Source: an uncultured Clostridium sp.
GTDB lineage: Bacteria; Bacillota; Clostridia; TANB77; CAG-508
NCBI GenBank assembly: GCA_948471115.1
Contig: CAOKRJ010000003.1
Coordinates: 1 to 59,616, forward strand
Direction: 5' to 3'
DNA length: 59,616 bases
Under the pieces are notes generated by a model. It was not told the DNA's origin and made no database searches. It was given only the letters and a program-made list of their open reading frames with translations. The position numbers and the translations under genes were made by a program. Of this stretch, positions 10,801 through 19,776 are shown in pieces. The first letter of the stretch is position 1, and each line of letters begins with the position of its first letter.

Positions 10801-13800
10801 ACTGGTAGTTGTTGTCCTGCTTTTGCATATGTTACTGTATATTTTATTGTATTGTCTGATATTATGTCTGCTAATGTGTCATTATATGTTCCTGTTACTG
10901 TTGCTGGATTTATTGTTATTCCTGTTACATAGTCTTTTACTGTTATATCAAATGTATCTGTTACATCATTTCCATCTGCATCTTTTCCATATTTTACTGT
11001 TACTGTTACTGTTCCTATAGCTGTTTTGTCATAGCTTATCATGCTTTCTGTTACTGGTATTGTTTTACCATTGTTGCTTCCTCCTGTTATGCTTATTGTT
11101 GTATTAGTTAAGTCTAAGTCTTCTCCATATTTTAGTACTGTTGGAGGGTTTTGCACTGTTATACTTGTTACACTGTCTTTTACTGTTACATTATATGTTG
11201 TTGTTTTTGTTATTCCGTTTTCTTCATAGCTTACTGTTAGTGGTAAGCTTGTATTTTCTGTGGCTGAACTAAAGTCTGTTACTGTAAATTTACTTGTGTC
11301 TGATATTACTTCTGGTGTTCCTGTTGCTCTTGTTACTAGGATTTCTAAATTTGTTTTGTCTAGTTCATCATTTACATTGTATTCTGTTTTGTGATTTGTA
11401 CTGTGTACTGTTATTGATTTTATATCATTTATTATCTCTATTGGATAATTTACTGTTTCTGTTTTTCCATCTTTTGTATAAGTAATTACTAATGTTTTAC
11501 TTACTTTGTTTGTAGCATCATATGTTGCTGGGCTCATGTTTACTTCGCTTCCATCTGTTTCTTTTATTGTTGCTGATGTTATTGGTTCTGTCTCTAGTGT
11601 TCCATCTGCATATGTTAAATTTATTATTCCTCCTGTTAATACTAAGCTTTCTCCATGATTATATGTTGTTTTTGTTGGTGCTGTTATTGTTATTTCTGTT
11701 ACTGTGTTTTTGAATTTTACTTTTAATGGTGCTGTAAATCTATCTCCGTTTGTGAAACTGCCTGAATCGTTATCTATATATGTTACTGTTAATTGTTGAT
11801 CTGTTGTAGCTTCTGGATTATATACTGCTACCATTGCTTCTTCTAGGTCTACTGGGGGTTGTTGTCCTGCTTTTGCATATGTTACAGTATAGTTTAGACT
11901 ATTATCACTTATTAAATCATTTAGTGTTTTTCCTTTTGTTCCTTCTATTTCCGTTTTATTTATTGTTATTCCTGTTACATAGTCTTTTACTGTTATATCA
12001 AATGTATCTGTTACATCATTTCCATCTGCATCTTTTCCATATTTTACTGTTACTGTTACTGTTCCTATAGCTGTTTTGTCATAGCTTATCATGCTTTCTG
12101 TTACTGGTATTGTTTTACCATTGTTGCTTCCTCCTGTTATGCTTATTGTTGTATTAGTTAAGTCTAAGTCTTCTCCATATTTTAGTACTGTTGGAGGGTT
12201 TTGCACTGTTATACTTGTTACACTGTCTTTTACTGTTACATTATATGTTGTTGTTTTTGTTATTCCGTTTTCTTCATAGCTTACTGTTAGTGGTAAGCTT
12301 GTATTTTCTGTGGCTGAACTAAAGTCTGTTACTGTAAATTTACTTGTGTCTGATATTACTTCTGGTGTTCCTGTTGCTCTTGTTACTAAGATTTCTAAAT
12401 TTGTTTTGTCTAATTCATCATTTACATTGTATTCTGTTTTGTGATTTGTACTATGTACTGTTATTGATTTTATATCATTTATTATTGTTATGTCATAATT
12501 TACTGTATCTGTTACAGTTCCTTCTGAATATGATACTGTGATATTTTTTGTTATTTTATTATCTGATGTATATGATGTTGGACTCATATCTACTGTTGTT
12601 CCTGTAGCTGTTTCTGTTATTGTTGTTCCATCATCTAAGTCTATTTCTTTTTTTGAACCAGATTCATATGTTAATTCTAGTGTTCCACTTCCTACATCAA
12701 ATGTAACTCCATGATTAAATGTTTTTTCTGGTTGTTGTTTTATTTCCATTGATTTGAATATGTCTTTTATTATGATGTTGTTTAAGTCTGCAGAATATGT
12801 TGCTCCATTATCGTCTGTATATGTGACTTTTAATGTTTTGATTACTTTTCCATTTTTAAATTCAGATGCTGCTGGACTCATATTAATAGTACTTCCGTCC
12901 ATTTCAGTTATGCTTACATTTGGATCAATCATAGATACACCATTACCAGTGTCTACTGCTCCACTTTCATATGAACGTTTTATTCTTCCTCCTGCTGCAT
13001 TAAATGTGGAGTCTCCATAATTATATGTTGTGTTATTTGGTCTTTGATATATTGTGATTCCATTAACTTTGTCTTTAACTGTTACACTGAAATTATCATC
13101 TACTGGTATTTCATCTATATCTGCATCGTCTGGTGTATTTAATGTTACTGTTATTGTTTGTGCACATTCATGATTTGAATCAAATTCATTTGCATTAGGT
13201 TTTTTGCTGTATCCAGATGTCATATCACTGGTAACTTGGTTTGCACTGCTTGTAGCTCCACTTGCATAATTTTTTACATATGTTACATTACTTAAGTCTA
13301 ATTCTTCATTATAATTTGTTGTTAAATCATTTGGTGCTGTTACTGTTATTCCTGTGATATAATCTTTTAATGTTATATCTATTCCATTTCCTGATGTTGT
13401 TGTTTTTCCTGCATAGTTTACTGTTATGTTTTGCATAGATAATGTATTAGGGTCATAACTACTTAAATCTAACATACCTACATTTATTGGTGTTGTTAGT
13501 GTATGTCCTGATACTGTTGTTATTTCTAATGTTGCTCCTGTTAAGTTTAAATTATTTCCTGCTGTTCCATATTTGTTTTTTGATGTTGGTTGATTTTTTA
13601 CTGCTATTGTTGAAATTGTATCATTTACAAGTATATCAAATGTATCTGATTTTCCTTCATATGTTACTGTTATGGCTTGTTTTCCTACTGGTAATCCTGT
13701 AATATCATTTATTGTTTTGTCTGTGCAAGAATTTATATCAGCATTTGTTGCTGATTTTGTTACTGCACTGTCTGTCATTGATATTCCTGTTATTTCTGCT

Positions 13801-15152
13801 CCGCTTTTCTTTGTTGCTTTTATTGTTCCTCCTGTGAAATCAATTGGATTAGTATCATCATATTCTACGATGTTAGGATTATTGGTGATTGTTATACTTA
13901 CTACTGGGTCTGTTACTGTTAATGGTACTGTTGTTGTTGTTACTCCATCTTTATAGCAAAGATTTATAACTCCATTATTCACATCTGCTATTGTTGGTGT
14001 AGATGTTAATAATGATGATGTCATGTCTATTTCTTCTGTGTCTCCATTATCATATGTTACTGTAACTTTTCCTCCTGTTAAGTCTATTGTGTCTCCATGT
14101 TCATATTCTGTTTTTGTTGGATTTTGAGATACTGAAATTCCTGTAACTATGTTATAAGAAATATCACATGTCTCTTCTCCCGCTGTTATTACTACTTTTT
14201 TATTTGCTGATGCTTTAGTTTCATCTATTGTTATTAATCCATCTTCAACTGCTTTGCTTATATCTGTTATTGTTTCTGTGTCTCCATTATCATATGTTAT
14301 TGTTATGCTTGCTCCTGTAAAGTCAAGATCTTCTCCTACATAATATTTTGTTTTGTCCATGTTTGTATCAAGTGTTATTGATGTTATTGTTTTTTCGGGT
14401 GCTGCAAATCCTTCATATACAAAATGATCATTTCCAAATACTGATTGTTCTTCTCCTTGCCAATCTCCACTTGGTTTGTAATTTATCTTTAATCCTGATT
14501 GTAATGATGCTCCTGGTGTTAGTGTTATTACATTCTCATTTAAATCTGATAATGCTACACCTTCTTTAATATAGAACATAAATGTACAAATTAAATCTCC
14601 ATTATTCATAAATGTTGTATTTCCACCATCTAATCTTATTGTTCCTGCTGATGTATCTAGTGTTGATATTGCTGGATATGGCCATTTTTGCTCACCAAAT
14701 GATGTTGTTACATCTGGATTCTGAAAACTTGTTGCTTGTTGTACAAATGGTACAAAATATTTTCCTACTTTCATTTGACCTTCTTCTGCTGGTATTAATT
14801 TATTTGTGTCATATTTTAAGCTAATTGCTCCTCCTGATATGTAAGATGAACCTTGTAAGGTTAAATAGAATTTAATTATTCTATCTCCAGTATATGTTTC
14901 TGGAGTATCTGTTTTTTCATCATAGTCATAATAGTAATATAATGTATCATCTGACCAGCTAGAATAGTCTCCACTTGAATCAATTGTTGCCATTCTTAAT
15001 TTAAAATATGGTTCCCCACTTGGCGGTACTGTTGCATAAGTATTATTTACTAATACACTATATGGTGAAAACAAATTTGCTATCATTATTAATAATGTTA
15101 ATAATGCACATATTCGATTTTTGGTAAATTTCTCACTTATTTGACTTCCCAT
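7818..15152 (-). CDS. giant cell-surface protein: signal peptide, cohesin-like head, ~2 dozen Big_3-like Ig repeats, Pro/Glu stalk, C-terminal TM and 86-aa tail
   Basis: Uninterrupted 2444-aa ORF with RBS AGAGGAGAG upstream. Hydrophobic N-terminus. ISLKYDTNKL and GDLICTFMFYIKEG are cohesin-like strands. A repeated ~80-aa unit carries Y.YGE.LDLTGG...VTY.G....F.V.V. The stalk reads PSTKPSKPSTKP...EEPIIEEPII. The TM is ILAGCIGAIGLLFLLILIIF. No LPXTG motif. Confidence 0.9.
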   Translation of the reverse strand: MGSQISEKFTKNRICALLTLLIMIANLFSPYSVLVNNTYATVPPSGEPYFKLRMATIDSSGDYSSWSDDTLYYYYDYDEKTDTPETYTGDRIIKFYLTLQGSSYISGGAISLKYDTNKLIPAEEGQMKVGKYFVPFVQQATSFQNPDVTTSFGEQKWPYPAISTLDTSAGTIRLDGGNTTFMNNGDLICTFMFYIKEGVALSDLNENVITLTPGASLQSGLKINYKPSGDWQGEEQSVFGNDHFVYEGFAAPEKTITSITLDTNMDKTKYYVGEDLDFTGASITITYDNGDTETITDISKAVEDGLITIDETKASANKKVVITAGEETCDISYNIVTGISVSQNPTKTEYEHGDTIDLTGGKVTVTYDNGDTEEIDMTSSLLTSTPTIADVNNGVINLCYKDGVTTTTVPLTVTDPVVSITITNNPNIVEYDDTNPIDFTGGTIKATKKSGAEITGISMTDSAVTKSATNADINSCTDKTINDITGLPVGKQAITVTYEGKSDTFDILVNDTISTIAVKNQPTSKNKYGTAGNNLNLTGATLEITTVSGHTLTTPINVGMLDLSSYDPNTLSMQNITVNYAGKTTTSGNGIDITLKDYITGITVTAPNDLTTNYNEELDLSNVTYVKNYASGATSSANQVTSDMTSGYSKKPNANEFDSNHECAQTITVTLNTPDDADIDEIPVDDNFSVTVKDKVNGITIYQRPNNTTYNYGDSTFNAAGGRIKRSYESGAVDTGNGVSMIDPNVSITEMDGSTINMSPAASEFKNGKVIKTLKVTYTDDNGATYSADLNNIIIKDIFKSMEIKQQPEKTFNHGVTFDVGSGTLELTYESGSKKEIDLDDGTTITETATGTTVDMSPTSYTSDNKITKNITVSYSEGTVTDTVNYDITIINDIKSITVHSTNHKTEYNVNDELDKTNLEILVTRATGTPEVISDTSKFTVTDFSSATENTSLPLTVSYEENGITKTTTYNVTVKDSVTSITVQNPPTVLKYGEDLDLTNTTISITGGSNNGKTIPVTESMISYDKTAIGTVTVTVKYGKDADGNDVTDTFDITVKDYVTGITINKTEIEGTKGKTLNDLISDNSLNYTVTYAKAGQQPPVDLEEAMVAVYNPEATTDQQLTVTYIDNDSGSFTNGDRFTAPLKVKFKNTVTEITITAPTKTTYNHGESLVLTGGIINLTYADGTLETEPITSATIKETDGSEVNMSPATYDATNKVSKTLVITYTKDGKTETVNYPIEIINDIKSITVHSTNHKTEYNVNDELDKTNLEILVTRATGTPEVISDTSKFTVTDFSSATENTSLPLTVSYEENGITKTTTYNVTVKDSVTSITVQNPPTVLKYGEDLDLTNTTISITGGSNNGKTIPVTESMISYDKTAIGTVTVTVKYGKDADGNDVTDTFDITVKDYVTGITINPATVTGTYNDTLADIISDNTIKYTVTYAKAGQQLPVDLSDAMVAGYNATSTTKQNLTVTYTDTNPEIYAGANSAQATLNITLSDKITGVTVTGTAENTTYNHGEVLDFTGISIYEQHASDAQDSKGTPVSIENATITDITDGETGAPIATTNLPANVFTTNNTQTRKIRVQYTSNGYEGHIDFDITVKNILDRIEIATSPKTSYEKGDSIENAGGTIKIYRKADKTNSTEIINITDDMITGLDTSVVGQNLEATVTYEEEDAHGKKIIKDDTYQYNVIETVQSITLNPGPDKTTYKYGESINLTGAYLDIVKGNGVTDRIAVTENMISGFNSTPNASDLPDTQTITVTYGKHVDGTPATVTFTVTVEDEVTGIKLTPPDKTTYKYGEELDLSTGFVQKVMASGAQTPKVPLTDNSVKVTGFDPKKIGSQTITVKYEGETKTFPVVVEENAISIKIVEYPKQNYEYGEQLDITGGKIEVTRENGDKEIIPMTKDMVTGFNPNQAGQQKLTVTYGGQKDFYNIEVTDDIAGIKITPPKKLVYNIGEKIDLTGGKVTEITASGNTKTPVDMTLDMISGFNTSSEGAKTITVTYKGKKATFNITVVDPLSDVQIVTLPDKLTYKYGEKLDITGGTIQTITASGEKQTIKMTPEMITGYNPNKLGQQTLKVTYEGITKEFIVTVEDYITKLVVKAPDKKEYEYGEDLNLTGGKVSIIMASGAVEENVEMTASMISGYNKTKEGTQTINVEYKGLQGTFQVKVIDKIKGIAINTLPNKTDYKNGENLSLTGGTITVIKSSGTQIIPITKDMVTGYDSKKAGQQVITVSYGGFTTEFVVKVAKKTSTTPSTKPSKPSTKPIIKPAPTPVEPPIEEPPMIEEPIIEEPIIQEPITPIEQPIIENPKVEEPIIEKPTQVLGVKDEQNNNNGKILAGCIGAIGLLFLLILIIFRRNVKIYVYEDGEFVLGGKDKITKKNPRIDIDKFLDKVTYPNQVKILLNDTISEKLDGKEIEINHRGKTIKHTIKYNYEEYEIILK
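10908..11434. repeat. Intragenic near-identical duplication, copy A
   Basis: 527 bp matches 11958-12484 with 3 mismatches (11339, 11363, 11403), offset exactly 1050 bp (350 codons). The flanks are much more diverged. Confidence 0.95.
11958..12484. repeat. Intragenic near-identical duplication, copy B
   Basis: Partner of 10908-11434. Both encode the same 176-aa block, IINDIKSITVHSTNHKTEY...KDYVTGITIN. Confidence 0.95.
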
Positions 15153-15165
15153 CTTTTCTCTCCTC

Positions 15166-16793
15166 TTATTTTATTAATCTATTTTTTAGATATCCTTCTA
15201 AAAGAATTGTTAAATCTGACAATTCTATATCTCCATCTAAATTAAAATCATAATCTATCATATAATTTGAATCTGATGAATTTAATAAGTATTTGCTAAG
15301 GAAACTTGTATAATCTGATAGTTCTATTGTTCCATCTTTGTTTACGTCTCCCGCTATTAATGTGTCTTCTCCTAGATTTAATGTTTCACCTTCTTGTACT
15401 TCTTTTGATAGATATATTAAATCTAAATATCCTTTTTTGTCCATTAATATGTCATATGTTCCAGGAATTACATATATTTCATAAGTTCCGTCATCTTGTG
15501 TTTTATAATCTTGTGAATTTAATGTTAATAATGTACTATGTACTGTATCGCTTACTCCTGATACTATTGTTGACCAATCAATTTTTGAAGAGACATCATT
15601 TGTGCTATATACCCTTATGTCCGCTTGATGTACTGATGCTTTTGTTTTCACATTTCCTTTTATTGTTCCATATGGTCTTTTTATAACAACTTTATACGTG
15701 TTTTGTGTTGCTCCATCTTCTGCTGTTATGTCAATTGTTATTTCTGTGTCTGGTTCTCCCAATTTATTTAGTGTTATCTCCATTGGAACTTCATCATTTA
15801 GGTTTTTTTCTTCATATATAATTGTTGTTCCATCAATTTCATAAACTAGCTTACCTTCAGAGTCACGTTTTGGTACTTTTATTTTCATACTTGCATTTTC
15901 ATCACTTTGTGTTGCTGTTATATCTATTGTGTCTAAGTATTCTAATAAGGTTAATGTATAATTATTTACTTCTTTATCAAATATTGGGTCTAAATTATAT
16001 TCTTTGTAGTTAGATTCATCTGGATTTTCTTCATTTACTTTTCCACTACTTACTACTATGTTTGCTAAGTCTGCATCTTTAGAAGCTGTTTCATCTGTAA
16101 ATCTGAATACTCCTGTTTCTGGATCTGATTTTTCAAAACAGTGTAAAACGTCTAAATTTACTTTTATTCCTGTTGCTGGAGAATATTTATTACTTGCTTT
16201 TAATTTGAATCCATTAATATCAAATCTATCGTCTGTTATCATTCTAAAACTCATTTCTCCAAATTTAACTGCATCTCCTGTTGATATTATTTTACTTCCA
16301 TCTTTTTCTATAATATGTTCACTTACAGGCATTGTAGATAGTGGTGGAAATAATGACATTTGTGCTCTTACAATATTATTTCCATGCCCAGCTTCATTTA
16401 CATCACTATCAATTTCTAATATTGGTCTTTCTGATGTTCCTGCAAATTCACTTTCAAATTTGAAGTAATTTTTTATATTTGTTACATCATTTACTATATT
16501 ATTTGTGGATATATTTGAAGGTTGTAATTTTGTGTCATCATATTCAAATCTTACTTCTAATCCGCTTAAACTCAATATTGTATCCCCAAAGCTCCATTAT
16601 CACTTGCCTTCCGACCATTTACATTTTTTATTTTTGTGGCTTTAAGTTCAAAATATTGATTTTCTTCTGGTACTATTACTTCAGTAGAAGCTGCTTGAGT
16701 AATTACTCCTAATGCACTAAGCATTAATAAAATAATCCATATTGTAATTACTAATTTTCCCAATACATTTTCTTTATTAATTATTTTTTTCAA
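15166..16793 (-). pseudogene. secreted cohesin / cadherin-like / CarboxypepD_reg-like / dockerin protein, frame broken near 16595
   Basis: The 73-aa ORF 16572..16793 has a TTG start, AGGAGAAG RBS and a signal peptide. It ends where the 469-aa ORF 15166..16575 begins in another frame. The long ORF carries LSGLEVRFEYDDTKLQP (cohesin-like), ADLANIVVSSG...YNLDPIFDKEVNNYTL (cadherin-like beta sandwich), GTIKGNV...YVIPGTYDIL, and a C-terminal double dockerin repeat GDVNKDGTIELSD / DFNLDGDIELSD. Confidence 0.75.
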
Positions 16794-17054
16794 TTTAGGA
16801 CTTCTCCTTTTTTATTAGTTTTAGATTCATAGCATAATTTATATTCCTGAATCTTACTTTTAATTATAAATAAAAAATTGCAAGAGTCAATGGTAGTTAT
16901 TTCTAGTAATTTCTTATATATTATACGGATTTATAAATTTTTAGTCATTTTTTTTGTTTATTACATTTTTATGATATTTTTGTAATATTTATTCGATTTT
17001 TGTAACTTTTTACTCTAAAAGTTCACCTTCCGTAATAGATTTATCTGTAATATT

Positions 17055-17095
17055 ATAAAAAAAACACAGGTTGCATTTTTTGTTTACAACCTATG
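17055..17095 (-). terminator. Rho-independent terminator ending the mre-mrdA-minC operon
   Basis: Minus-strand stem CATAGGTTG / CAACCTGTG followed by U8 (A-run 17057-17064 on the plus strand), immediately after the minC stop. Confidence 0.7.
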
Positions 17096-17100
17096 TTTTT

Positions 17101-17508
17101 TTATTCTAATATCATCTTACTTTTTTTTATATATGCTCTTTTCTTTTTTGTTTTTTCTTCTCCTTCCTCTTTTTGTGTTTTGTCTATTTCTTTTACTATG
17201 TCTGCAATTCTTATTTGTGGTGCATCTATCTCATTTGCTACTATTATTGCTTCTCTGTTTCCTGTTGCTCCTGCATGTGCAAGTCCCCTTATTGTTCCTA
17301 ATACTATTATATTTTCTCCTGATATTACTTCTGCTCCTGCATTTAAGTCTCCTAATACTATTACTGTTCCCTCATATTCTACTTTGTTTCCTGATCTTAG
17401 TGCTCCATCACATATCTTTGCTTTTGTTTCTTCTATTTTTTGTGAAAATGTTTTTTCTATTATGTGTAGTCCTAGTTCTACCTCTGGTTGTATTTCTTTC
17501 TTTTTCAA
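17101..17508 (-). CDS. minC: short MinC (C-terminal beta-helix domain only)
   Basis: 135 aa, TTG start with AAAGGAGAG RBS. GTVIVLGDLNAGAEVISGENIIVLGTIRGLAHAG is the MinC C-terminal repeat. There is no N-terminal FtsZ-inhibitory domain and no minD/minE downstream. Confidence 0.75.
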   Translation of the reverse strand: MKKKEIQPEVELGLHIIEKTFSQKIEETKAKICDGALRSGNKVEYEGTVIVLGDLNAGAEVISGENIIVLGTIRGLAHAGATGNREAIIVANEIDAPQIRIADIVKEIDKTQKEEGEEKTKKKRAYIKKSKMILE

Positions 17509-17534
17509 TTTAATCTCTCCTTTTTGCTTCTTTT

Positions 17535-17552
17535 GGGCACATAATGTGCCCC
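17535..17552 (-). terminator. GGGGCAC-type hairpin (copy 2, between mrdA and minC)
   Basis: The plus strand reads GGGCACATAATGTGCCCC. It lies 47 nt after the mrdA stop, with no U-tract on the gene strand. Confidence 0.35.
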
Positions 17553-17598
17553 TATAGTTTTATTTCTTTGTTTTTTATCTATATCATTTAATATATTT

Positions 17599-19707
17599 TT
17601 ATGTCTGTTGCTCTGTATATGGTCTTGCTGTTACATCTTCTACAATGTCTTCTTCATTCATTCCAAAGTATTGTGCTATTACATCTCTTGCTGCATATGC
17701 TGCATATTTTCCTGTTCCTCCACCTTCTATTACTACTACTATTGCTATTTCTGGTTCATTATATGGTGCAAATCCTACAAAGCATGCATTTGTTGTTTCT
17801 ACATTGTTCTTTTTTGTCTGCGCTGATCCTGTTTTTCCACCTATTTGAAAGTTGAAATTTTTGAATACTGAGTATGCTGTTCCTCCATTTTCACTTGTAA
17901 CATCTTTCATTCCTTCTAATATTACATTTATATATTCTTGAGAAATTTCTAAGTTTTCTGAATCATCATTTGTTTCTCCTAATATTCGTTTTGTATGTGC
18001 TTGTATTTCTGCTTTCGATATTTCTTCTCCATTTGCTGTTCTAATTGTTTTTATTATTGTCGGATTTATTCTATCTCCTTTATTTATTAATGTACTTATA
18101 TATTTTGCCATTTGTATTGGTGTAAAGCTATGGCGTCCTTGACCTATTGATGCACTTAATGTATGTCCTACAGACCATATCTCTCCTTCTGCCTTTAATA
18201 AGTCCTCTGGATTTGCTATAATTCCTACATATTCATTTGTTAGTTCTATCCCTGTTTTTACTCCTAATCCAAAATATTTTGCATATCTATTTATTTGCTC
18301 TATCCCTGCTCTATATCCACTTTCATAGAAGAAATAATTACATGAGTGTTTTATTGCATCTGTTACATTTAGTGGTCCATGTGTCCTTCTGGATTGATTA
18401 TATAACCAGCATGCTGGATGGTGCCCTAATGGATATGGTCCTGAGTCGTTTATTCTTTCTTTTATTCCTACCTTTCCTTCTTGTAGTGCAGTTATCGCTG
18501 TTAGCATTTTAAAGGTTGATCCTGGTGCATATCCTCCACTTATTGCTCTATTATATAAGGCGTCTATTTCTTTATATTCATCGTATTTCTCTTTTTTTAT
18601 ACCATTTACGAATAGTTGTGGCTCATAGTCTGGATTACTTGCCATCGCTAGTACTTCTCCGTTTTTTACATTCATTACGACTATTGCTCCTGCTGTCGCT
18701 GGATATTTTTTTCCATATGCTCCATTTTGTATACCTTCTATTGTATCTTGTAGAGCTTTTTCTGTTACGGCTTGAAGGTTTGCGTCTATTGTTAACACTA
18801 ATGTTGATCCTTGTATTGCTTCTTTTTCTGTGTATTCTTCTGTAACTGTTCCATCTACTGACATTCCTAGTTGTCTAGTTCCATTTGTCCCCTTTAGATA
18901 TTTTTCAAAAAGATCTTCAACTCCTGTTCTTCCCATATAGTCATTTATTAAATAACCTTCTGATTTCTTTTCACTATATTCATCACCATTTATTTTTCCT
19001 ACATATCCTAATATATGTGATGCTAGTTTTCCATTCGGATATGTTCTACTCGCTTTTGTTACTATTGTTAAACCTCCAAATAAGTCATTTTTTTCTGAGA
19101 ATGTGCTTACACTTTTTTGACTTAAGTTATCTGCTATTGATATTGACCTTGTTGAGCTATATCCTTCTGTTGTTATTCTGTATCTTAATCCCATTATTTT
19201 TCTTGCATCTGCTAAGTTTTCTGTGTTTATTTCATATCTTTTTTTAAAGTATTTAAATGCGTCTTCGGCTGTTGAATTGTCTTCTAGTTTATATTTCTTT
19301 TTCCATTGTTTTAGCTTTCCTTCGTCTGTTATTGTGAATTCATATGGATTTATTTTTATTGGTAATGTGTCTATGTATGCTTCCTGATTTTGTTCTAATA
19401 CATTTATTATGTTGAGTATCGTTTTATTTAGTGTCTCATTGTCTGATTTGGTTTTATATAGTTCAGCACTATATCCTGATTGTACTGTGGCTAATAAGTT
19501 TCCACTACTGTCTGTGATATTTCCTCTTGCCGCATATAGCGTACTTTCTCTTGTTAATCGTGTATTTGATTCTTCTCTATATGTTGCCCCATTTATTATC
19601 TGGAGGTTAAATAGTTGCAGTAATAATATTATACCAATTATGTATATAATAACTGTTAATAAGTTAAGTCTTATTCGTGTATTTGGTTGCTTCTTATATA
19701 TGTTCAT
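17599..19707 (-). CDS. mrdA: penicillin-binding protein 2 (elongation transpeptidase)
   Basis: N-terminal TM, PBP dimerisation domain, active-site STFK, and a position after mreD. Confidence 0.9.
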   Translation of the reverse strand: MNIYKKQPNTRIRLNLLTVIIYIIGIILLLQLFNLQIINGATYREESNTRLTRESTLYAARGNITDSSGNLLATVQSGYSAELYKTKSDNETLNKTILNIINVLEQNQEAYIDTLPIKINPYEFTITDEGKLKQWKKKYKLEDNSTAEDAFKYFKKRYEINTENLADARKIMGLRYRITTEGYSSTRSISIADNLSQKSVSTFSEKNDLFGGLTIVTKASRTYPNGKLASHILGYVGKINGDEYSEKKSEGYLINDYMGRTGVEDLFEKYLKGTNGTRQLGMSVDGTVTEEYTEKEAIQGSTLVLTIDANLQAVTEKALQDTIEGIQNGAYGKKYPATAGAIVVMNVKNGEVLAMASNPDYEPQLFVNGIKKEKYDEYKEIDALYNRAISGGYAPGSTFKMLTAITALQEGKVGIKERINDSGPYPLGHHPACWLYNQSRRTHGPLNVTDAIKHSCNYFFYESGYRAGIEQINRYAKYFGLGVKTGIELTNEYVGIIANPEDLLKAEGEIWSVGHTLSASIGQGRHSFTPIQMAKYISTLINKGDRINPTIIKTIRTANGEEISKAEIQAHTKRILGETNDDSENLEISQEYINVILEGMKDVTSENGGTAYSVFKNFNFQIGGKTGSAQTKKNNVETTNACFVGFAPYNEPEIAIVVVIEGGGTGKYAAYAARDVIAQYFGMNEEDIVEDVTARPYTEQQT

Positions 19708-19776
19708 TTATAACCTCCTTTTTATATATTTTTAAACAAAATCGGTTTTCATAATGTGTAAAACTATTTTTTCTAA

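Noticed and set aside
10908-12484. The near-identical 527-bp pair as a DGR template/variable repeat.
   Set aside because: No reverse transcriptase or accessory gene is present in the window. The three mismatches are not an adenine-specific pattern across a short VR, and both copies are in-frame Ig-domain coding sequence.
7987-16712. Dozens of plus-strand ORFs (60-140 aa) antisense to the giant gene and its neighbour, and similar ones opposite most minus-strand genes in the window.
   Set aside because: They are Leu/Phe/Ile/Cys-rich low-complexity translations of the T-rich antisense strand and lack RBSs. They overlap well-supported genes completely. Identical pairs (11041/12091) only mirror the intragenic duplication.
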